Source: Eledone cirrhosa
Lineage: Eukaryota
DNA: 64,000 bases
NCBI GenBank assembly: GCA_964016885.1
Contig: OZ024743.1
Location: 303,366,001-303,430,000 of the forward strand
Reading direction: 5' to 3'
Shown here: piece by piece, positions 53,896 through 64,000 of the stretch
Position numbering within the stretch: the stretch's first letter is position 1
Layout of the letters: each line of letters starts with the position of its first letter
Notes under the pieces: generated by a model
Told to the model about the DNA's origin: nothing
What the model saw: only the letters and a program-made list of their open reading frames with translations
Database searches by the model: none
Translations under genes and position numbers: made by a program

Positions 53896-55250
53896 ATAAA
53901 TGCTCTGAAATAGCGATATATATGTGAATATAGACATAGAATATTCGAAAATATTCTGTATGTTTATAATAAACATTTTGAAGACCTAATCGCTATAGAA
54001 TAGAATACGTCACGTATTACAATTAGATTCTCGATAAAAGCAAGGGAAGTAATCTACGCGTTTCATTCTCGTTAGAAATCATCAGGACTACATATCCAGT
54101 GCTTTTATCGAGAATGACACAGCTAGAGACTTATAGAATACTTAGCTGTGTACAGGAACTGGTTTGAAAGAGCGGTTGCCGGTCCGGCAGAAATTAGAAA
54201 TTGGAATAAATGCTCTGAAATAGCGATATATATGTGAATATAGACATAGAATATTCGAAAATATTCTGTATGTTTATAATAAACATTTTGAAGACCTAAT
54301 CGCTATAGAATAGAATACGTCACGTATTACAATTAGATTCTCGATAAAAGCAAGGGAAGTAATCTACGCGTTTCATTCTCGTTAGAAATCATCAGGACTA
54401 CATATCCAGTGCTTTTATCGAGAATGACACAGCTAGAGACTTATAGAATACTTAGCTGTGTACAGGAACTGGTTTGAAAGAGCGGTTGCCGGTCCGGCAG
54501 AAATTAGAAATTGGAATAAATGCTCTGAAATAGCGATATATATGTGAATATAGACATAGAATATTCGAAAATATTCTGTATGTTTATAATAAACATTTTG
54601 AAGACCTAATCGCTATAGAATAGAATACGTCACGTATTACAATTAGATTCTCGATAAAAGCAAGGGAAGTAATCTACGCGTTTCATTCTCGTTAGAAATC
54701 ATCAGGACTACATATCCAGTGCTTTTATCGAGAATGACACAGCTAGAGACTTATAGAATACTTAGCTGTGTACAGGAACTGGTTTGAAAGAGCGGTTGCC
54801 GGTCCGGCAGAAATTAGAAATTGGAATAAATGCTCTGAAATAGCGATATATATGTGAATATAGACATAGAATATTCGAAAATATTCTGTATGTTTATAAT
54901 AAACATTTTGAAGACCTAATCGCTATAGAATAGAATACGTCACGTATTACAATTAGATTCTCGATAAAAGCAAGGGAAGTAATCTACGCGTTTCATTCTC
55001 GTTAGAAATCATCAGGACTACATATCCAGTGCTTTTATCGAGAATGACACAGCTAGAGACTTATAGAATACTTAGCTGTGTACAGGAACTGGTTTGAAAG
55101 AGCGGTTGCCGGTCCGGCAGAAATTAGAAATTGGAATAAATGCTCTGAAATAGCGATATATATGTGAATATAGACATAGAATATTCGAAAATATTCTGTA
55201 TGTTTATAATAAACATTTTGAAGACCTAATCGCTATAGAATAGAATACGT
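53891..55250 (-). mobile_element. 310-bp tandem array (4 full units + 120 bp), each unit with a type I hammerhead ribozyme: candidate non-LTR retrozyme
   Basis: Units start at 53891, 54201, 54511, 54821 and 55131 and appear identical. The array is flanked by (TA)n on both sides. Confidence 0.85.
54027..54115 (-). ncRNA. Type I hammerhead ribozyme, unit 1 (core 54049-54091; copies at +310, +620 and +930)
   Basis: Minus strand: ATTCTCGATAAAAGCA-ct-GGA-tat-GTAGTC-CTGATGA-tTTCT.aacg.AGAAt-GAAA-CGCG-TA-GATTAC-t-TCC-ct-TGCTTTTATCGAGAAT. Predicted cleavage is between 54055 and 54054. Confidence 0.85.
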
Positions 55251-55277
55251 TATATATATATAGACATATAGACATGT

Positions 55278-55312
<35 letters not shown>

Positions 55313-55331
55313 TATAGACATATAGACATGT

Positions 55332-55425
<94 letters not shown>

Positions 55426-55433
55426 TTAAACAA

Positions 55434-56056
55434 ATAGAGGTGTAACACACGAGTTGTGATATATTAGTAAAAGCAAAAGAAAATGCTGACAAATTTTTCC
55501 CAGTGAAAAATAGTTTACTTAAGAATAAGTATAAATTAGTAATAAGTATTGGTTAATATTCAGTTTTAGTTTTAAGTTTTTACCGGTTGCACATTTCTAA
55601 TGCTTTTCAAAAATAATGTTGAGATAGAGCGCCCGTGACGTTTGCTCTAATCTGATAAGTTTTGGAAATTCTTCCTGTTTTATGTGAAAAAAGTGGCTCC
55701 AGAGGTATTAATATTTGGTTGGGTGTTGAATGTCACCGAATGAGTACTATAAATTTCGCGCCAATTCGTGTTGCAGAAATGCTTGTAGTCAACACAATTT
55801 TGATTGGTCGGTAGAGGTCATGTGAATGTTAAACATTGATTTGCGCCAAATGTAGTTTTGTCGAATAGTGTCCTTTTTCGCCTGATTGAGAAATCACTGA
55901 AAAATAAGTCTTTTAAGACAAATATGTGTGTGTGTGTGTAGCAAAGATGTTCATTGTTGTGATAATGGTGGTAGGGATGTGTGTGTGAATTGCAGTCATG
56001 TTGAAAGGTCAACAGTTCAGGTGTCTATTAAGACAAATATGTGTGTGTGTGTGTGT

Positions 56057-56130
<74 letters not shown>

Positions 56131-56460
56131 CAGAGTGGTTCGTGGTAGAGGGAATACATTCGGTCAGTAGAAATGCGTGTGTACGTGTGTGAGGGATATT
56201 TTAACATGTTGAAAGATACTTTTCAGATCTTGTCTTATACGGAGAAGTGTGTGTGTGTATGTATGTGTGTATGTTAGTGTACGCGTGTGTATGTGTGTAT
56301 GTGTGTATATGTGTGTAAGTGTATGTGTGTGTGTTGGTGTACCTGTATGTTTGTGATACTGGTAAAATTGATGTACATTATTCAATATTTTCAGTAACTT
56401 GCAAAAACGATTCTCTCAAACGAACATCAAAAACATTAATTATGAAAGCGGTGAAATGAT
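55434..56460 (-). mobile_element. Degenerate Penelope-like fragment with (TG)n expansions
   Basis: Shares motifs with 18745-18931 and 46440-46800. 55434-55500 is an inverted copy of ~52966-53032. Confidence 0.45.
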
Positions 56461-56509
56461 GTATAGTATTGTCATCCTTCAGTTCTTGTGGCCGGACACA
56501 CTTAGAGGC

Positions 56510-56755
56510 AGGGACACACTCATAGACAGGGACTACACTGCATCACTAATTGACATGGAAAGCAATGTGCCCTAAAACACGGTACTCAGGACTTTAGTAA
56601 ATCAACCGAAACTAAAAGCTCTTCCATACATCTCCACACACAACACCCTCAACAATGAGACTTTTGACACCATCCTCCAGAACATCCCTGCGTTAAAAAA
56701 GGACCATAGAATGAACCAAAACCTTCGAACATACGATATCATAAAGCGCGAAAGA
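56510..56755 (+). pseudogene. Penelope-like RT-to-endonuclease linker fragment
   Basis: LIDRDY..SLID and LPYISTHN...ILQNIPALKKD resemble the RGY...LPYISTHNP linker of Penelope-like elements. Confidence 0.45.
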
Positions 56756-56761
56756 GCGAAT

Positions 56762-59700
56762 ACGTATTTTTCAGATTATATGCCCCTCACATAATCCACG
56801 ACGATTTGATATTGGGCGTTTGACGATCCTGTTAGAGAATCGTAGTCTGTTGGTCTTACATTTTTTAGAAACTGTGTATAACCATATAAGTTAGGGACTA
56901 TTTTGAAACACAATTTAATAGTTAGTAATAGAAACAGCTGAGTTACCTCACCTCATGCATTAACTCCCCTTAGTCACACACACACTTCCGGAATATATTT
57001 CGATGTCGATTCTCGCAACGTAACAACCTGCTGTATTGAGCTAAAGACCAACATACTACGATTCTCTAACAGGATCGTCAAACGCCCAATATCGCATCGT
57101 CGTGGATTATCTAAGGGGCATATAATCTGAAAAATACGCTCCCCGGACTGTTAAAATGTTGCTGTGCATGAAAACCATATCATCGCTTTGCTACGCATTT
57201 CCAATATTTTTAATGCTTATATTATTTCTCCACGCACAGGCTATAACAATCATATAAAGGATTCATTACCAGTTCAACCCCCTTAACACTCTTGATCACC
57301 TGTTTAAGTGCCTACATTACATGTAACACTCTGCCACACTATAGCATTATATGAATAAGACGCACGGGCTTTCCACACGTGTAACTATTGCAATCAATAA
57401 CCTCTTATGACTATCCTATCGCATTAATTTCATGTATTTTAACCTGTTTTTTGATTTTATCTTTTAATATGAATGTAATCTCTAAATGTGTACTGCCACA
57501 CTAAATGCTGTAATGGATGTCGACCCACCAAGCAACAATGTTTGCATATGTATCTGTATGTCTCTTGGGTTGAAAAGGAGGGCATATAAGTGTTCATTCA
57601 TTAATAAATTGCTCCAAAAAATCCAAACCTCGGTTTGGAGGAAACAGTTGCAAGCATAAAAATGTTTTGAACAGTTCTTTGATTCTTATAACTTATATGT
57701 AACTGCTCTGTAAATCATCTGATGTTATTACATTGAGCTATTTAACTTACTGGTAATAATGTAGTAATATATTACTGCCTATCACTATTTTGGGTTTGTA
57801 AAAATATATATAACTACAACATATTTTTGTATTTGCATAACCATAAATAGTATCCTTAATACTATTAACTGCTCCATACTGTTGAGCTGACATACAATAA
57901 ATTACCAATATGCTAATCAAAGACCAACTCCCGATGTCAACCAAGAACATACCAATACCATCCAAGAATACATATGAGAAATTACTGATCAACAGTGTAC
58001 ATTCCTTTATCAATAGAGTGAGCTGGAGGACATTCCATTATGATAAGAACAAATCTAACAATGTTAATAATACTAAAAAATCTGACTCCTTCGGCTTTAA
58101 AACTTTAAAAGCCCCCCTCATAACACACTACTTAACTCCTTTGAAAATGACCTAATAAAACTAGTTAAGAACATTAAATACAATAAGCACCGTAATAGAA
58201 ACAACACCTTCTTAAACAAACTTAACACCTCTATTAATGAATTCAAAACTAGTAATAACATTATTGTACACGCGGATAAAACTAATAACATATACAGCCT
58301 GGATTATAATACTTATAGAAAGTTTATATATAATGAACTACATAAAAGCTACAAGAAAACTACTATGAAAAACTTAAAGGATATTAATATAGAGGGATAT
58401 AATATAGTGTCTAAACTAGGACTTCAGAGACATACACAACCATACACACCAAACCCCCCTAGATTCTCTCTGAAGGACCATAAGAAGGACTTCATTAGCA
58501 ACCCCTCGATTAGACTTATCTGCCCTTCCAAGTCCGACATTGGCATTATCAGCAAGAACATTTTAGATAAAATCATCCCACAGATTAAACACAAGATACA
58601 CCTTAAACAATGGGGAAATATGGGTGGAGTTATTGAATGGTTCAAAGATATCAAGAATATCAAGGACAAAAAATGTATTCAATTTGATATCAATTCATAC
58701 TACACCTCTATTTCTTCAATCCTATTAAATAAGGCACTAATCATTGCCATGAACAATAGCGACCTGACTAGAACCCAGATTGATGTCATGCTTGCGGCCC
58801 GTAAAATCATAATCACCTTTGAGGACCAATTATGGACCCGCACGGATACGCACAACAACTTCGACATAACCATGGGGTCTAGTGACTCAGCGCAGGTCAG
58901 TGATTTGATCGGCCTATATTACTTAATGAAATCCATGATGGCCTTCCATACCTCAACCGTGGTTTGTACCGCAATGATGCACTTCTACTTATAGAATATA
59001 AACAAAATTCAATATAGAAAGAACTAGAAAACTATTGCACAGGACATTCAAAACCTATAACCTTAGTATCACCATGGACAAAAACACTAAAAACGTTAAC
59101 TTCTTAGACACCACACTATACCCAGACTCAAAGATATATACACCTTTCCATAAGCCTAACGAAAAACTCATTTACGTGTATACCAAGTCTAATCACCCTA
59201 GATCAATATTAAACTCTATCTCTAAGGGGGTATCCAATATAATCTCCAATCTATCCTATGACGGAAACATATTTAGCAAAAACTCGCAATATTATAATCA
59301 AGCATTAGCTAGATCCGGCCATAATATAGAGATTGAGTTCCTACTAAGAAAACAGATAGCTACAGCATTATCTCGCACAATATGTCCATGAGGAAACCTA
59401 GTAATATAAATAGCAACCACACGCACACTAAAGCAGGGGGTGCCATCAAAAGTAACCATTACCACAGAAACTACCGTAGTACCTTAGGAGAAAACAACAC
59501 ACCAGACACTGAAAATAAAAATAGAAGAAGAAATAATACATTTTTCAACCATCCTTTCAACCTAAGCGTCTCCACCAACATACCTAGGGCTTTCTTCTCA
59601 CTACTAGATAAAAGCTTCCCTCTAGGACACAAGTACCATAACCTTTTAAACAGAAAAACACTATTAAAATATCATACTTTACGTCGCCTAACATAGCATA

Positions 59701-62047
59701 CCACATAGCTAGTAGCAATAAAAGAAAATATAATTCTCACTTCCAACAAACGATATCGCAACAGGGAGTAAACCTTCAAAATATCTCTGTAGCAAGTAAC
59801 CCTAATAACGGCAGTAATAATAGTAATAGCACTAGTATAAGCAATAACACCGGGGACGACAACCCACATATCCAAAATCCTATAGCTACCACCCGGAGTT
59901 CTGCACAGCATTATAACCAGCAGACTAACACCCAGAATAATTGTAACTGTAGAGCAAATAGAACCTACCCTTTAGATAAAAAAATGCCTAATCAAGGATA
60001 TCATATACTCATGCACCGTCACAACTAGCAACTCTTCAGAAACCTATGTAGGCTCCACTTCTAACTGCTTCAAAACCAGATATAATTCGCACATCCACTC
60101 GTTCAAAAAGCACAGTCTAGCCAGCTCCACCTCACGATCTAGCTACATACACTATCTAAAAACTAAAAATAAACCTTACACACTCAAATGGGAAGTGGTA
60201 GGTAGCGCGACTTCGTACAAACCACCTAATAAATTTTGTAACCTCTGTATACTAGAGACCCACACTATTATCTTCTCTAACCATAACCTACTGAACAAAA
60301 AATCTGAAGTATTCGCAACTTGCCAGCACCGCTTCAGACATTCCTTCCAAAACATTAAGCCCAATATATAACAATGTCGGACTTGAACCAGACACCACCT
60401 CTAGCATCAAACACCAAGGGCACACCTTATACCACATCCCCACACTTAATAATCCAATATAACACTAATCGGGACATCCCTCTAGAACCCATCACAGTAG
60501 GAATACTCCTTTGTGCTTCTACTTTAGGTGGGACTGCATCCAGTTGCTTGAACTGCACTACACCACTTTATAATTAATGTAAAATTTAAGCATTAAATTG
60601 ATTGTATTGTTGGTGCTATGCGGGTGAAGTGCCATCGCTGGATAAATGGAAGACTAAATAATCTAGTAACGTTGATGAGCTGTATAACCTATATTCTGAG
60701 TGCATTGAATGTATTGCAAGTGGCGTATGAGTTGTACATATATGTATGAATTGATGGTCAGATTAGTGACATGAGGAGTGCAGATTGACCTCTGGTCTAC
60801 CCTAGTGATAGTTATCTTTCGACATCCAATATAACATGCACTGACCCAGAGCTTACCAGGGATTATTATATATTGAAGTGATTCTATAATCACCCTGCCA
60901 GGTTCTATGAAAAGACTACAATCACAATGATCATTGATTTAGAAATCTCGCTCATCGTGTAAAATATTCAATTGTGGCACTCTATAATGGAGGTTCATCA
61001 CCATAATATGAACACCTTCAGTACTGCTTAATAGACTACATTATAGTTAAGACACTTTAAATTTTTAGAAACTGTGTATAACCATATAAGTTAGGGATTA
61101 TTTTGAAACACAATTTAATAGTTAGTAATAGAAACCGCTGAGTTACCTCCCTCATGCATTAACTCCCCTTAGTCACACACACACTTCCGGAAAATATTTC
61201 GATGTCGATTCTCGTAACGTAACATCTGCTGTATTGAGCTAAATACCTACAGACCACGATTCTCTAACAGGATCGTCAAACGCCCAATATCGAATCGTTG
61301 TGGATTATCTGAGGGGCATATAATCTGAAAAATACGCTCCTCGGACTGTTAAAATGTTGCTGTGCATGAAATCCATATAATCGCTTTGCTACGCATTTCC
61401 AATATTTGTAATGCTTATATTATTTCTCCACGCACAGGCTATAACAATCATATAAAGAATTAATTACCAGTTCAACCCCTTAACACTCTTGATCACCTGT
61501 TTAAGTGCTTCCATTACATGTAACAGTCTGCCACACTATAGCATTATATAAACAAGACGCACGGGCTTGCCACACGTGTAAATATTGCACCCAATAACCA
61601 CTTATGACTATCCTATCGCATTAATTTCATGTTGTATTTTAACCTGTATTTTTGATTTTATCTTTTAATATGAATGTAATCTCTAAATGCTGTAATGGAT
61701 GTCGACCCACCAAGCAACAATGTTTTCATATGTATTTGTATGTCTCCTGTGTTGAAAAGGAGGTCATATAAGTGTTCATTCATTAATAAATGGCTCCGAA
61801 AAATCCAAACCTCGGTTTGGAGGAAACAGTTGTAAGCATAAACATGTTTTGAACAGTTCTTTGATTCTTATAACTTATATATAACTGCTCTGTAAATCAT
61901 CTGATGTTATTACATTGAGCTATTTAACTTAATGGTAATAAGGTAGTAATATATTACTGCCTATCACTATTTAGGGTTTGTAAACATATATATAACTACA
62001 AAAGATTTTTGTATTTGCAAAACCATAAATAGTATCCTTAATACTAT
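56762..62047 (+). mobile_element. Near full-length Penelope-like element with two ~1-kb direct pseudo-LTRs and an inverted 5' LTR fragment
   Basis: 56863-57866 matches 61043-62047. 56762-56857 is the reverse complement of ~57044-57138. An RT/GIY-YIG pseudo-ORF lies between the repeats. Confidence 0.88.
57910..60371 (+). pseudogene. Penelope ORF (RT + GIY-YIG), frameshifted
   Basis: STKNIPIPS, ADKTNN, LKDHK..F...PSIRLICP, FDINSYYTSI, FDITMGS.DSAQVSDLIG, GLYRND, VNFLD, SNHP, YVGST...FKTRYNSH and CNLCILE...LLNKKSE. Confidence 0.9.
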
Positions 62048-62073
62048 ATATATAAACATATACACACACACAC

Positions 62074-62123
<50 letters not shown>

Positions 62124-62125
<2 letters not shown>

Positions 62126-62675
62126 GGTGGCTGCCAACTCGTTTTCGAGTACAGCCACTACTTTATGTCCATGTAGGAGAACCCCTAAGGATGCGCTGAA
62201 CGAGTGTGACTTTTAAATCCAGCCATCGACTTGAAAACTCTGGTACAAATACTACTCTTGTGACAAATATTGTCACATAGTGCTGGGCCCATGGTACCTT
62301 GTAACGACAAGTGCAGAGAGATCTCCAGATATAAAGCAATGCCTGTGCCGTGAAGCTTTTATAGTGAGCAAAGGCACTGCACAAACCAGTCCCACTCTCT
62401 TAACCAAGATCATATCTACCAAAAAGAAGAACAAGTTAACATCATGGATACCATCAGAGTTGCAGGTGTTATATCAGTGTTTTCCTTCTCCTAGAATTCT
62501 GCCTTGACAAAGGCTAAGGGGTCATCTCTCCCGGTGATTTGGGATGGCCATTGACTCTTAAGAGCTCCATCGCCCTTTGACAGGTTTTGTTTTTAGTCCT
62601 GCAGGATGTCCAAAGTCACCCTCCTCACCAAGAAACCTTGGTGGGGTTGCCAGTTTAGGCGCCAATGACCCGACC
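62124..62675 (-). mobile_element. Internally deleted RTE-clade LINE derivative (5' UTR joined to 3' end)
   Basis: The minus strand has the RTE-like 5' motif AGGAGAAGGAAAACACTG, then a short C-terminal zinc-finger-like end (MAGFKSHTRSAHP*) and a microsatellite tail. Confidence 0.5.

Positions 62676-64000
<1,325 letters not shown>

Noticed and set aside
53891-55250. Tandem array as a CRISPR array
   Set aside because: The units are wholly identical with no variable spacers, there are no cas genes, and the context is eukaryotic.
62440-62675. HDV-like ribozyme in the RTE-like 5' region
   Set aside because: The nested P1/P1.1/P2/P3 pairing could not be fitted by eye.

Overview
Repeat-dense, AT-rich eukaryotic DNA, probably from an octopod cephalopod (inferred from the tRNA-derived SINE family and the abundant (TA)n/(TAA)n/(TAG)n tracts). 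No intact host gene could be supported. The left half (1-30.8 kb) holds two near full-length but degraded Tx1/L1-clade LINEs, three Tx1 fragments, one R4/Dong-like RLE retrotransposon, about ten SINE copies and two MITE-like palindromes. Four of the Tx1 copies sit in (ATT)n tracts, three with apparent target-site duplications. From 31.0 to 42.9 kb lies a ~12 kb minisatellite with 33/39/45-bp units and higher-order structure; one minus-strand frame stays open for 7.8 kb and would encode an N-glycosylation-dense Thr/Asn-rich repeat. The right part (44-64 kb) is a cluster of Penelope-like elements and non-autonomous derivatives nested in (TA)n, several with type I hammerhead ribozyme (HHR) motifs. 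The strongest finding is a 310-bp tandem array (53891-55250) of apparently identical units, each with a minus-strand type I hammerhead, which is the architecture of a non-LTR retrozyme that could make circular RNA. All calls come from reading the sequence by eye; no searches or folding programs were run.
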